The notes below the pieces were generated by a model. That model worked only from the letters and a program-made list of their open reading frames with translations. It did no database searches and was not told the origin of the DNA. A program made the position numbers and the translations under genes. From positions 41,748-105,747 of the IMG/VR virus record IMGVR_UViG_3300022696_000071: a DNA stretch of 64,000 nucleotides, one strand, 5' to 3'. Below are positions 39,331 to 48,965 of this stretch, piece by piece (the stretch's first letter is position 1; each line of letters starts with the position of its first letter). Source of the DNA: a virus.

Positions 39331-40713
39331 ATGATAATTTGTCAAATCTGCAACAAAAAATTTGAACGTTTAATTTCTTTAAGTTATCACCTAATTACCC
39401 ATAAAGATATATCTGTAAAAGAGTATTATGATAAATATCTAAAAGAAGATGGTGGTGATTTATGTAAATATTGTAAAAAAGAAAAAACACGATTTAAAAG
39501 TATTATTGTAGGTTATACACCATATTGTAGTAGTGAATGTTGGAGTATGGATAATCATGGTGTGGAATATTATGGATTAACAAAATCTAAAAAGATGTTT
39601 GCAGAAGCATATAAAGGTAAAATTGAATTAAGAGTATTTACTAAAGATGAAAAAACTTGTCAATTATGTGGTAAGCACTTCAATAAAATAATTGGTATAT
39701 CCAAACATTTAAGGGCGTGTGTAAAAAATATTGATCATATAAATACACAACAATATTATGATAAATATTTAAGAAAATCTAAAGATGAAGGTATATGTTT
39801 AAATTGTAAAATAAATAAGACTAAGTTTAGAGGATTACAAATAGGATATGCATCTTTTTGTGGGAAAAAATGTGGAACTGAAGGGAGATTAAAAGGATTT
39901 AAATCAAAAAACACACAACATTGTACAACAAAGATTGATCCAATTAATTGTAAACTATGCGAAAAAGAACTTAGAAATTTAAAATCAATAATAGCACACT
40001 TACGATTCTGCAAACAAAATAATGAAAATTTAAATGCAATAAAATATTATGAAAGATATTTAAGAAAACAAGATGAAGGATATTGTATTATTTGTAATAG
40101 ACCAACAAAACTTAAAAGTATAACAGATGGATACAATAGATACTGTTCACCAAGATGTGGTAATGTAAAAACAGTTGATTATTATAAAGAAAAATATCCA
40201 TTATTTTGTAAAGTAGAAAAAATAAGAAATAATAATAAATATAAAGGACATTGTGGAATACAAGTAAGATGTAAACAATGTAAAAAATGGTTTGTTCCAA
40301 ATAAACACGCTTTAAGTGAACGAATTGGAACCATAGAAGGGTTATCAGAAAAAACTGGATTAATGTCAGAAAATAATTTTTATTGTTCAGATGAATGTAA
40401 ACAATCTTGCTCAGTATTTGGATTAAGATCAGATTCAATGATTTTATCTGATATTCCATATACAGATAACGAACTTTATATATGGCGAAAAGAAGTATTT
40501 AAAAGACAAATAGAAGAAGATAGATATAATAGTTGTGAAATATGTGGAGAAACAACTGATCTACATTGTCATCACGAAAAACCAATTAAAACACACCCCC
40601 ATCTATCATTAGATCCAGATAATGGAATTATTTTATGTAAAGATTGTCATTATAAAAATGGTCATACTGGAAAATGTTCTACTAAACATATAGCACATAA
40701 AATATGCTATTAA
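39331..40713 (+). CDS. free-standing HNH homing endonuclease with N-terminal array of C2H2-like fingers and Cys4 zinc ribbons
   Basis: C-terminal HNH CEICGETTDLHCHHEKPIKTHPHLSLDPDNGIILCKDCH. Four repeats of C2H2-like finger + YYDKYL + CxxCxK...YCSxxC, the same ribbon type as in the portal inteins. Confidence 0.55.
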   Translation: MIICQICNKKFERLISLSYHLITHKDISVKEYYDKYLKEDGGDLCKYCKKEKTRFKSIIVGYTPYCSSECWSMDNHGVEYYGLTKSKKMFAEAYKGKIELRVFTKDEKTCQLCGKHFNKIIGISKHLRACVKNIDHINTQQYYDKYLRKSKDEGICLNCKINKTKFRGLQIGYASFCGKKCGTEGRLKGFKSKNTQHCTTKIDPINCKLCEKELRNLKSIIAHLRFCKQNNENLNAIKYYERYLRKQDEGYCIICNRPTKLKSITDGYNRYCSPRCGNVKTVDYYKEKYPLFCKVEKIRNNNKYKGHCGIQVRCKQCKKWFVPNKHALSERIGTIEGLSEKTGLMSENNFYCSDECKQSCSVFGLRSDSMILSDIPYTDNELYIWRKEVFKRQIEEDRYNSCEICGETTDLHCHHEKPIKTHPHLSLDPDNGIILCKDCHYKNGHTGKCSTKHIAHKICY

Positions 40714-40725
40714 TAAGGAGAATTT

Positions 40726-41418
40726 ATGAAGTCAAGTCAATTTGGATCAACTGGAGAAGAAGTAACTATGCTCCAATTAAATCTTAAGAGATTAGGATAT
40801 GATATAGTTATTGATGGTATATTTGGACCTCGTACCGAAGAAACAGTTAAATTATTTCAAAAAGAAAATCATTTAACTATAGATGGTATAGTTGGAGATA
40901 TAACTAATAATCTCTTATTGCATAAAGTAAATCAAATAAACATTAAGAAAAATATAACTGAAATATGGGATAAAATGACAGAAGAAAAAATAAATAAATT
41001 GCATCCAAAAATAAAAAATGATGTAAAGTTATTTATAGTAAATATGGATAGAGAGCACGATATAAAATTAAGAATAACTTCTGGATTCAGATCTATTCAA
41101 GAACAAGATATTCTATACAGTTATGGTCGAACACGACCTGGAGATATAATCACCTATTTATCCGGTGGAAACAGTTATCATAATTATGGTCTTGCATTTG
41201 ATGTTGTAGAAATAAAAGACAATGATGCACTTTGGGAAAATGAAAATTGGGATAAAATAGGTAGAATTGGTAAACTTTTTGATTTTAAATGGGGAGGTGA
41301 TTTCGCACAATTTAAAGATAGACCACATTTCCATAAATCTTACAATTATAATACTAAATCATTAAAAGGATTAGTTGATAATGGTAAAATAGACGATGAT
41401 GGGTATGTAATAATTTAA
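40726..41418 (+). CDS. endolysin: N-terminal peptidoglycan-binding domain + C-terminal M15-family (VanY/L-Ala-D-Glu) peptidase
   Basis: PG_binding_1-like LQLNLKRLGYDIVIDGIFGPRTEETVKLFQKENHLTIDGIVG. M15 core SGFRSIQEQ...SYHNYGLAFDVV (H-x6-D, metal ligands). Confidence 0.6.
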   Translation: MKSSQFGSTGEEVTMLQLNLKRLGYDIVIDGIFGPRTEETVKLFQKENHLTIDGIVGDITNNLLLHKVNQINIKKNITEIWDKMTEEKINKLHPKIKNDVKLFIVNMDREHDIKLRITSGFRSIQEQDILYSYGRTRPGDIITYLSGGNSYHNYGLAFDVVEIKDNDALWENENWDKIGRIGKLFDFKWGGDFAQFKDRPHFHKSYNYNTKSLKGLVDNGKIDDDGYVII

Positions 41419-41439
41419 ACAAAAAAAGAAAGAGAGAAA

Positions 41440-41850
41440 ATGAAAAGAGTATTATTATTTTCAACATTAGCATTAATTTTATTATTAACATACAACGTTT
41501 GTATAGCATTAACGGGCGGTGAATATATCAGAATTGAAAAAGGTTTCTTCTTTGAAATGGATGGTAGATATTACTATTTTCCACAAGAAATAGAAATTGA
41601 TCAAACTGCATTTTGGGAAACTGGTGGGTATGAAGGCGAAGATCCTAATGGAGATGATACAGATCCACCCCCTCCGCCACCTCCGCCTCCACAACCAACA
41701 CCATCTAAAGATAATGCATTTAATTCATGTATGACGTGTCATAGCGATAAAGACGAAGCTAAATTCAAATTCGAAAATTGGAAAACTACACTTCATACAA
41801 AACATCGTGAGAAAAAAATAGAATGCATTAAATGTCATAAGCTTGATTAA
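41440..41850 (+). CDS. small secreted Pro-rich protein with two CxxCH haem-c-type motifs (dihaem cytochrome c-like)
   Basis: Signal peptide MKRVLLFSTLALILLLTYNVCIA. PPPPPPPPPQP linker. CMTCH and CIKCH 33 residues apart. Confidence 0.35.
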   Translation: MKRVLLFSTLALILLLTYNVCIALTGGEYIRIEKGFFFEMDGRYYYFPQEIEIDQTAFWETGGYEGEDPNGDDTDPPPPPPPPPQPTPSKDNAFNSCMTCHSDKDEAKFKFENWKTTLHTKHREKKIECIKCHKLD

Positions 41851-41948
41851 TTTATTTTAATTTGGCTGTAAGCTATTATGGATTTTTCAAACAAAAAAGT
41901 CCCATCCAGCTTACAGCCAATTATTTAATAATTAATATATATAGTCAA

Positions 41949-42692
41949 TTACAAAATTGTATTGGAACCATGAACTACTCTCAACATATTATTTTGCTTT
42001 AAAAATTCACTACAATCATTATTTTCAATATCTAAAACCAAACCATAAATATCATATATATATTTAAATGTTGTATCTATATAATTGAATGGATCAATTA
42101 TAAAAACTTTACAATCTTTTAATGCATATAATGCAGTTTCAATATCTGGATAAATTCTATCCAAACCCATACTACTGAATAAAGATACTATTTCGATTTC
42201 ATCATTAAACATATTTATATATTTTTCATATATAACTTCTATTATATCTTTATCGGTAAGTATATGTATACACTTATCATTAACCCCATTGACATGTTGT
42301 ATTAAATCAACTGGATCAAGATATATATCATAATCATGTAATCCATACAATATTTGTATTATTCTTTCAAACTGTTCACTTATAATATTATTTATAAACT
42401 TTAATGATTTATTATCTTTTGGAGACAATACAAGTAATTCAATTGTATGATCATCATCTTTAACAATAATAGTTATACCTTTAATTAATTTAACTCCTAA
42501 TCTTTTTGCATAATTTATTATATTTATTTTTAGATAACTTTTATCATATATAATCATGTTATCATGATTTGATATACATAATATAGATTCACAGTTTTGA
42601 GTCTTAGAAAATGAACTTATATATTTTATATAAGAAGTTAATTTCGAATGATCATAACCATGTACATGATAATCTCTATACTCTTTATCCAT
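41949..42692 (-). CDS. hypothetical protein
   Basis: ORF only. Convergent with the upstream gene across an inverted repeat at 41862-41920. Confidence 0.25.
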   Translation of the reverse strand: MDKEYRDYHVHGYDHSKLTSYIKYISSFSKTQNCESILCISNHDNMIIYDKSYLKINIINYAKRLGVKLIKGITIIVKDDDHTIELLVLSPKDNKSLKFINNIISEQFERIIQILYGLHDYDIYLDPVDLIQHVNGVNDKCIHILTDKDIIEVIYEKYINMFNDEIEIVSLFSSMGLDRIYPDIETALYALKDCKVFIIDPFNYIDTTFKYIYDIYGLVLDIENNDCSEFLKQNNMLRVVHGSNTIL

Positions 42693-42789
42693 AATAATTT
42701 CCTTTCTAAATTTTAAAAAATTGAAAATAAATCTTCTAAGTTATTGTAAATACTTGATATAATAGTATATTATATAATTCTATAAGTTT

Positions 42790-42805
42790 AGGACAAACTA
42801 TAAAT
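42790..42805 (+). promoter_or_regulatory. late-promoter-like motif AGGACAAACTATAAAT
   Basis: Upstream of the tail sheath gene. Contains TATAAAT. Confidence 0.5.
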
Positions 42806-42877
42806 TATTTTACTAATAAATTTATCCATCATATTTTAATAATATTACACATGATAAACTTTATGGAGGTTTGACAA

Positions 42878-44590
42878 ATGGCCCAACATCCGTCACCTGG
42901 AGTATATTCTAAAATAATTGATTTGAGCGACTATGTTCAAACGTACCCTTCTACAGTCGGGTTTATTCCGATCATATGCGAACAAGGAGAAGATAATAAA
43001 TTAATAGACACAAACAGCAGAGATTTTTATATCGATTTTGGTGAACCGAATATCAACTATGCAACTAAGGTGTTTGGACAAGGACCATATGTGGCAAGTG
43101 CATTTTTCAGAGAAAGTGATTCTCTGAAAATTATACGATGTCTTCCTTCTGACGCTGCATTTTCCAATCTTGTAATAACAGCAGAACCAACTGCAAGTGT
43201 TGGTGCAGATACAACATCGGATATTGCAACTACATCACTATCTGCACAAAATACTACAAATGAAATGGACACTTCTTTAGAAACAAATGAGAATGTTGTT
43301 ATATTCTATGGCGTAGGAAGAGGGGAATATTACAATAATTTCAAAATTTCAATTACAAAACATGCTAACCCTCAACTATCTGATGCCCAATATGTTGGAT
43401 CTAATGATTTCGTATATGTTCTGGATATATATAAGAAACAAACTGAGAAAGATGAATCTGGAGCAGATCAATATGAAATAATTTCATCTTTCGATGTATC
43501 ATTTAATCTTAATGCCGTTGACACATCTGGTGAATCTTTATGGATCGAAGATGTATTAAATAGATACAGTAGATATATCAAATGTATCGCTGATTCTACT
43601 AAATGTCTCACTGCAATTGAAAATGATGCTGATTTTTCACAACCATTTACATCAGCAGTTGCTTTAACAAATGGAACAAGTGGAACACTATTTGATACCG
43701 ACAATGTTATCAATTCCACAGTAGCGACTCAAATACTTACTAAAGCATATAATGGTACTCTCGAAAAGAAATCGGTGGATGATCAGAGTAGCACATTATA
43801 TGTTGATGAAGTATTAGATACAGATAATCAGCATTTTACAGTTGTGTTTGATGGTGGTTATCCAACAAGTGTTAAGACAAGTGGAATTTATACACTCGTT
43901 CAATCACGAAAAGATTGTATCGCATTTATTGATAATGGCGATACTGTCTCTACTGATAGAGCAGTAAATAATCGTGATAATAATCATACATTTAATACCA
44001 AGTATATGGCATTGTATGAACCATATTCAAAAGTGTATGATGCATTTACTGGAAAAGACTTATGGTTAACTCCAGTTTATCATATGGCTGCTATTGTTCC
44101 ATTTACCGATAATATTGGTCAAATTTGGGATGCTCCTGCTGGATTTAACAGAGCAACAATTGCTAATATCAAAGAACTCCGGTATAGTCCGAATCAAACC
44201 CAACGCGATACACTCTATCTCAAACAGATCAATCCAATTGTAAAATTCAATGTTGGATTAACTGTATTCTCACAACTTACAACCCAAAAACGACCAACAG
44301 CACTTCAAGATATTAATGTTGTTCGTCTCTTACTTTATATTCAAAAAGCACTTTCTCAGTATTGTAAATTCTACATTTTTGAACTCAATGACTCTGTAAC
44401 ATGGGATGCTATTTCAGAAGACGTTACTAAATTTCTGAAAGTCATTCAGAATAAACGAGGACTATATAGTTTCTCTGTAGATGTCGGTGCTAATGAATAT
44501 GAAATCAAAGCAAAACGAATTCATGTAAATATAACTCTTGAACCTACGAAAGTTGTTGAGCAAATTCATCTCAACTACTTCATTAAGTAA
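42878..44590 (+). CDS. contractile tail sheath protein
   Basis: N-terminal SPGVYSKIIDLS (sheath proteins characteristically begin ...SPGVY...). 570 aa. Followed by a tube-sized gene. SD ggagg. Confidence 0.55.
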   Translation: MAQHPSPGVYSKIIDLSDYVQTYPSTVGFIPIICEQGEDNKLIDTNSRDFYIDFGEPNINYATKVFGQGPYVASAFFRESDSLKIIRCLPSDAAFSNLVITAEPTASVGADTTSDIATTSLSAQNTTNEMDTSLETNENVVIFYGVGRGEYYNNFKISITKHANPQLSDAQYVGSNDFVYVLDIYKKQTEKDESGADQYEIISSFDVSFNLNAVDTSGESLWIEDVLNRYSRYIKCIADSTKCLTAIENDADFSQPFTSAVALTNGTSGTLFDTDNVINSTVATQILTKAYNGTLEKKSVDDQSSTLYVDEVLDTDNQHFTVVFDGGYPTSVKTSGIYTLVQSRKDCIAFIDNGDTVSTDRAVNNRDNNHTFNTKYMALYEPYSKVYDAFTGKDLWLTPVYHMAAIVPFTDNIGQIWDAPAGFNRATIANIKELRYSPNQTQRDTLYLKQINPIVKFNVGLTVFSQLTTQKRPTALQDINVVRLLLYIQKALSQYCKFYIFELNDSVTWDAISEDVTKFLKVIQNKRGLYSFSVDVGANEYEIKAKRIHVNITLEPTKVVEQIHLNYFIK

Positions 44591-44641
44591 AGCATCTTTG
44601 AGATCATAATAATTGCCCCTCATTTTTTGATCTCTCTCCAT

Positions 44642-44675
44642 AGGCTGGATCTTTTCATAGGTCCAGCCTTTAATT
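44642..44675 (+). terminator. hairpin terminator after the sheath gene
   Basis: AGGCTGGAT-loop-TCCAGCCT followed by TTAATT. Confidence 0.45.
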
Positions 44676-44746
44676 AGTCATTATAGCCCAATCTATTTCA
44701 AATTAGATATAAACTATTTTAATTTTTCCATTTTATTAGGTATGAA

Positions 44747-44762
44747 AGGACATACTGTAAAT
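44747..44762 (+). promoter_or_regulatory. late-promoter-like motif AGGACATACTGTAAAT
   Basis: Motif variant directly upstream of the gene at 44768. Confidence 0.45.
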
Positions 44763-44767
44763 CAGAA

Positions 44768-45544
44768 ATGGAAACCATATATATTACAAGGAGAAAACTT
44801 ATGTCTGCAAATAGTTTTGCACCCATTAACAATAACCGATTTTCACGAAGATGGGGTGCATCCGGTGGTGATGCAGTTGATCCATATGTAAACGGTTATA
44901 TGTTTGTTCACTTTGCTGGTCTTCCGTCAAAGTTATCTGAAAATATAACTTTGGCTGGTGGAAATCATCAATTAAGTCAAAGTGAAATCACGCAAGCTCT
45001 TCATGCAACATGTCTTGCCGTAACAATGCCGGGTGGCACAATGAATCGGGCAGAATTTCAAGGACTTGGTGGTGTCAAGTGGGCAGTTCCGACAAATGCT
45101 GATTATGACAACACAGTTACTTTGAAATTCTTAGAATTTTCTACACTCCCACTATATGCAATTATTCATGGGTGGTTCAGAATGATTCGTGATTATCGGG
45201 CTGGTGTTTCGAACTTAGTTGGTGGAGAAGGCGAATATACAAGAAGTAATTATTCTGCTACCATGTATTACTGGACAACCAAACCAGATGGTAAGCTTGT
45301 CGAATATTACGCTTGTTTAACAGGTCTTTATCCACTCAAAGATCCCGCTGATCTCTATGGAGCAGATCTCACCACATATGATAAACTCGAAATGGATATT
45401 GATTTCAATGTTGACTATGTGTGGCATGAAGATTGGGTAAGAACAAAATGTCAAGACTTGTCTGATCAACAAGTTCATAGTGATCTTGCAACTGTGGAGG
45501 CTTATAGAGATGAATCTGGTTCCGGTCAAGGTGGGGGTCAGTAA
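44768..45544 (+). CDS. putative tail tube protein
   Basis: Position immediately after the sheath gene. Beta-rich composition. No diagnostic motif, so synteny-based only. Confidence 0.35.
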   Translation: METIYITRRKLMSANSFAPINNNRFSRRWGASGGDAVDPYVNGYMFVHFAGLPSKLSENITLAGGNHQLSQSEITQALHATCLAVTMPGGTMNRAEFQGLGGVKWAVPTNADYDNTVTLKFLEFSTLPLYAIIHGWFRMIRDYRAGVSNLVGGEGEYTRSNYSATMYYWTTKPDGKLVEYYACLTGLYPLKDPADLYGADLTTYDKLEMDIDFNVDYVWHEDWVRTKCQDLSDQQVHSDLATVEAYRDESGSGQGGGQ

Positions 45545-45634
45545 TTAATCTCTATTTTTTAAATAAAAACAAAATTTAATCCAACTTGTCGTATGTCGTT
45601 TATTCTAAGCCTCAGTATCCTTCCCTATCTCTAT

Positions 45635-45669
45635 CGCAGTCACATTTATTAATGTGACTGCGATTTTCT
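45635..45669. terminator. bidirectional hairpin terminator
   Basis: CGCAGTCACAT-6nt-ATGTGACTGCG followed by ATTTTCT. Lies between convergent genes. Confidence 0.5.
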
Positions 45670-45676
45670 GGTTTAA

Positions 45677-46045
45677 TTAATACTCTGTACATAATCGACA
45701 AATTGTTTCCAATTTGTCGATATCTTTTTCTTCGTTTTTAAACTGTAAAAACGTTATAGACGAATATGCATCAAAACATCTTATTCCATCTACAACAATT
45801 GTCATATTAAGATGAATCAAATCATCATATGAATAATTTAATATTTTAACTCGATCATTCATATCTATGATTTCATCTTTTATTGTTATTTCATTCTTAT
45901 TATAATCATTAAAAATAATATCAATATCATTACATTCATCTAATAATCGGATCATCACAAGCGCACCTGAGCCAAACAGGATAAATTCGTTTCCATACAG
46001 ATTCTTAATTTCATTAAGTACTTCAACCAATTTCTCTCTATCCAT
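45677..46045 (-). CDS. small minimal-nucleotidyltransferase (MNT)-fold protein
   Basis: LFGSGAL...DIDIIF matches the GS-x(9-13)-DxD Pol-beta-type nucleotidyltransferase core. Confidence 0.35.
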   Translation of the reverse strand: MDREKLVEVLNEIKNLYGNEFILFGSGALVMIRLLDECNDIDIIFNDYNKNEITIKDEIIDMNDRVKILNYSYDDLIHLNMTIVVDGIRCFDAYSSITFLQFKNEEKDIDKLETICRLCTEY

Positions 46046-46128
46046 AATAAATCTCCTATATAAATAATTAATGGTTTATACAATTTAATATATATGATGA
46101 ATTTGATTTTTATATTGATATTGTAATT

Positions 46129-46145
46129 CGGACAAACTCTAAAAT
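46129..46145 (+). promoter_or_regulatory. late-promoter-like motif CGGACAAACTCTAAAAT
   Basis: Motif family member upstream of the gene at 46190. Confidence 0.4.
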
Positions 46146-46189
46146 GATTTTTGGGGCAATTTTAATAATATAGAATAATAGGAGAGAGT

Positions 46190-47314
46190 ATGTCTGTATT
46201 TAAAGGTTTTAATATTAAGTATCCAGAGTACACCGTTATATGTCCTCACACTGGAAACCAATTCAATGTTCGTTCTATGACTGTAAGCGAAACAGGAAAA
46301 TTAAGAACAAGTTTATCAACTGAAGTTGCTTCTGCAAAATTGATAAACAAAATGATTTGGGAAGCAACCAGTGAAAAACCAGATCATATTAAAACATATG
46401 ATGATTTTAAAAAGAATGTAACATTAAAAGATAGAGAAGCGCTTATATACGGTATCTATCAATCATCATTCGGAGACAAAGTAGATTATAATGTAACATG
46501 TGTTAAATGTGGGAATGTAGATTCAATAAAATTAATTCTTTCAAATGCATTTAAAATGAATGCATATCCATTATCAGATGCAGTAATTGAATCATATAAA
46601 CTTGCAAAAGTAGCTAATGATGCAGAACCAGATGCAGAAATAGAAGAAGAAATAAAAAGAAGAATTAAAAAAGTAGCTAATGATGCAGAACCAGATGCAG
46701 AAATAGAGGAAGAAATAAAAAGAAGAATTAAAAAAGAAGCTATGGCAAGTATCGATAAACAAAAAGACATATCTCAGCCAGATGATGATATGTTTGAACA
46801 ACAAATGAAAAAGAAGAAACGTCTTGATGAAATTGATAAAAATATCAAGGAAGATCAAGAACAAAAAGATGCATCTGACGAAGTGGAAGAAGAAAATAAG
46901 GAAGAAACAATATTAACAAAAGTTGTAGAAATTAAACTTCCAATATCCAAAATACATGCATTCATTAAACAACCAACTATTTTTGATGAAGAAGATGCAA
47001 TTGATAATGTTCCATATGCAAAAGGGAGTCAACTTGAATTACTAAATGATGCTATATTTATTGATAGATTTGAAGTATATAGCCCAAAACAAAATAAACC
47101 AATTCAAGTGGTTGATCGTATAGATGATATTCTGTATGGTTATCAATCTCTACCACCTATGGATAAAATAGAATTAAATAAAGCAATTTATGAAAATTTT
47201 ACTAAATATGGTATTGAATTATCATTTAATAAAAACTGTTCAGCTTGTGGAAAGGAAAATTCATTCGGGTTAGATCTCTTTTACCAATTTCTTCGTATGG
47301 TTAACCAAATATAA
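46190..47314 (+). CDS. hypothetical virion-module protein with zinc-ribbon motifs and an internal tandem duplication
   Basis: CPHTGNQ...CVKCGN and C-terminal CSACGKEN. Contains a 2x63-nt tandem repeat. Confidence 0.3.
   Translation: MSVFKGFNIKYPEYTVICPHTGNQFNVRSMTVSETGKLRTSLSTEVASAKLINKMIWEATSEKPDHIKTYDDFKKNVTLKDREALIYGIYQSSFGDKVDYNVTCVKCGNVDSIKLILSNAFKMNAYPLSDAVIESYKLAKVANDAEPDAEIEEEIKRRIKKVANDAEPDAEIEEEIKRRIKKEAMASIDKQKDISQPDDDMFEQQMKKKKRLDEIDKNIKEDQEQKDASDEVEEENKEETILTKVVEIKLPISKIHAFIKQPTIFDEEDAIDNVPYAKGSQLELLNDAIFIDRFEVYSPKQNKPIQVVDRIDDILYGYQSLPPMDKIELNKAIYENFTKYGIELSFNKNCSACGKENSFGLDLFYQFLRMVNQI
46608..46733 (+). repeat. perfect-to-near-perfect 2 x 63-nt in-frame tandem repeat (KVANDAEPDAEIEEEIKRRIK x2)
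   Basis: 46608-46670 and 46671-46733 differ at one base (gaa/gag). Confidence 0.8.
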
Positions 47315-47532
47315 AATAGTTGAATCGTTTAAGAAATCATACGAAGAAAATATAAATTCAATGATGGAACTAACGGGTCAACCGTGGGAATCCATCATGA
47401 TGATGCCATATAATTTTTTCATTAGTTCATTAAAGTGGAAGATAAAACTTGAAGATGAGAAAAGGAAAAAATTAGAAGAAAAAAGTACAAAATCTTCACA
47501 TAAAAATAAAAAGCTAAGATTTAAATAAGATG

Positions 47533-47568
47533 CTACACAATAGTTGATATACTATTGTGTAGTATTTT
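47533..47568 (+). terminator. Rho-independent terminator
   Basis: CTACACAATAGT-6nt-ACTATTGTGTAG followed by TATTTT. Confidence 0.55.
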
Positions 47569-47583
47569 ATGTATATATTTAAG

Positions 47584-47599
47584 CGGACAAACTTTAAAC
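47584..47599 (+). promoter_or_regulatory. late-promoter-like motif CGGACAAACTTTAAAC
   Basis: Motif family member upstream of the gene at 47622. Confidence 0.4.
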
Positions 47600-47621
47600 G
47601 AAAAAATGGAGACTTAATATT

Positions 47622-48053
47622 ATGGCAATAGCATCGGGCGTAGAAGAATTTATAAGAACAATACCAGGACAAAGAACAACAATTAAAGATGTAGATTCTA
47701 TAATTGATTTCTCTGGTGATTTTAGAAAGCTATATGATATTGATGTAATAATAAAAAGTATAACCAATCTATTTCTTATATCAAAAGAAACTTACTTCAT
47801 GGACCCGAATGTCGGAACTAATTTATATAGATATATTTTTGAACCAGCAGATATTGCCACTAAATCTCAATTAGAACAGGAGATATCTGTTGCATTATCT
47901 GCATATATGTATAACGATGTTGATATAGAATATGATATTGTATTCTTTAATAACAAGAAGGGATTCAAGATAAATTTTGAGATATCATATAAAGGAAAGA
48001 AAAAAACAAGATCAGTAACTATAAACGAACAGTTACTTACTACTATACAATAA
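47622..48053 (+). CDS. baseplate wedge protein, gp25/gpW-like
   Basis: 143 aa. FMDPNVGTNLYRYIFEP resembles the (R/N)P-FG-L-lf-E signature of the gp25/GPW family. Confidence 0.45.
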   Translation: MAIASGVEEFIRTIPGQRTTIKDVDSIIDFSGDFRKLYDIDVIIKSITNLFLISKETYFMDPNVGTNLYRYIFEPADIATKSQLEQEISVALSAYMYNDVDIEYDIVFFNNKKGFKINFEISYKGKKKTRSVTINEQLLTTIQ

Positions 48054-48063
48054 TTTACAAAAA

Positions 48064-48161
48064 ATATTAATCGGCACGTTTCGTGATCGATTATGGCGGG
48101 ATGCCGATTAATATTTTTTTGTGTGGAGACTGTTAGTTACTCATCGTAACAGTCTCCACAC
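48064..48161. terminator. two adjacent long perfect hairpins (14-bp and 15-bp stems) between convergent genes
   Basis: AATATTAATCGGCA-24nt-TGCCGATTAATATT-T7, then GTGTGGAGACTGTTA-11nt-TAACAGTCTCCACAC. The second arm pair includes the last codons of the minus-strand gene. Confidence 0.55.
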
Positions 48162-48601
48162 ACTCCATCGAAGATATTATTGCGGGCTGCCCCGCAATTG
48201 GGGCAGGGGAATCTTGTTTTCCCCCACCTTTTCTCCCATGGAGTCCCTTCATTCTCGACGATCTCTCTACCATCGAGAATGAGATCTCTAATCTTATTTA
48301 GAGTCTCAGTTGATGCGATAGGACCAAGCGGCCCTTCGCACCACGGAGAGTTAGCTATAATCACTAACATCTCCGAATCCGTATATCTCTGGAATATACG
48401 GATGTATGTTTCGTTGCCGACATCGCCGTTTTCACTTACGGCGACAACCGGCCCTACGGTTACAAACATGCGCCCTGCGGCATCATGTCCGTATCCGACG
48501 ACCGGATTTAAAAAATCGTCTAAATATTCAGTTGGCCCAATAACTTCGGGCCGGATTTCAGACAGTCCCAGCGACTTAACAAATTTCAAAATAGCTTGCA
48601 T
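48137..48601 (-). CDS. hypothetical protein with C-terminal CxxC...CxxC zinc ribbon; strongly GC-enriched relative to the genome
   Basis: Coding region visibly ~50% GC in a ~28% GC background. CPNCGAARNNIFDGVCGDCYDE at the C-terminus. Confidence 0.4.
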   Translation of the reverse strand: MQAILKFVKSLGLSEIRPEVIGPTEYLDDFLNPVVGYGHDAAGRMFVTVGPVVAVSENGDVGNETYIRIFQRYTDSEMLVIIANSPWCEGPLGPIASTETLNKIRDLILDGREIVENEGTPWEKRWGKTRFPCPNCGAARNNIFDGVCGDCYDE

Positions 48602-48965
48602 GATTCATCTCCTTTGTTAAATGGTTAATGGTTATCTATTAATATATATATATAATCAACTATCACGATTATTAACCATATTTTTATATTTATAATGACA
48701 TAAATAAAAGAATATGATTTGAAAAATAATATAGTAAACGATACAATGATCAGTATATATTGTAACCGCTTCCAATGGATTAGAAGATATCAAATATATA
48801 TGATTATATTTTAATTTTAATGTTATATTACCATTAACGAATGATATTATAATTATAACAAAACCAAATTGTGAAATCCAAAGTAGATTCTTTCATAATA
48901 ATAAAAACCCCCAAAAGAAGAAAATTAAAAAAGGAATATTATATAATTTAATATATATAAATATC

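Noticed and set aside
41862-41920. 13-bp inverted repeat TTGGCTGTAAGCT...AGCTTACAGCCAA as a terminator
   Set aside because: Spacer is ~33 nt and there is no clear T-tract. It may be a structured element between convergent genes, but a terminator call is not supported.
46608-46733. Possible CRISPR-like repeat
   Set aside because: Only two units, 63 nt, contiguous with no spacers and in-frame coding. This is a tandem duplication, not a CRISPR array. No CRISPR arrays were seen anywhere in the window.
48180-48620. Plus-strand 146-aa ORF overlapping the GC-rich minus-strand gene
   Set aside because: Mirror ORF of a GC-rich gene. The minus-strand frame has the zinc-ribbon ending and terminator hairpins.
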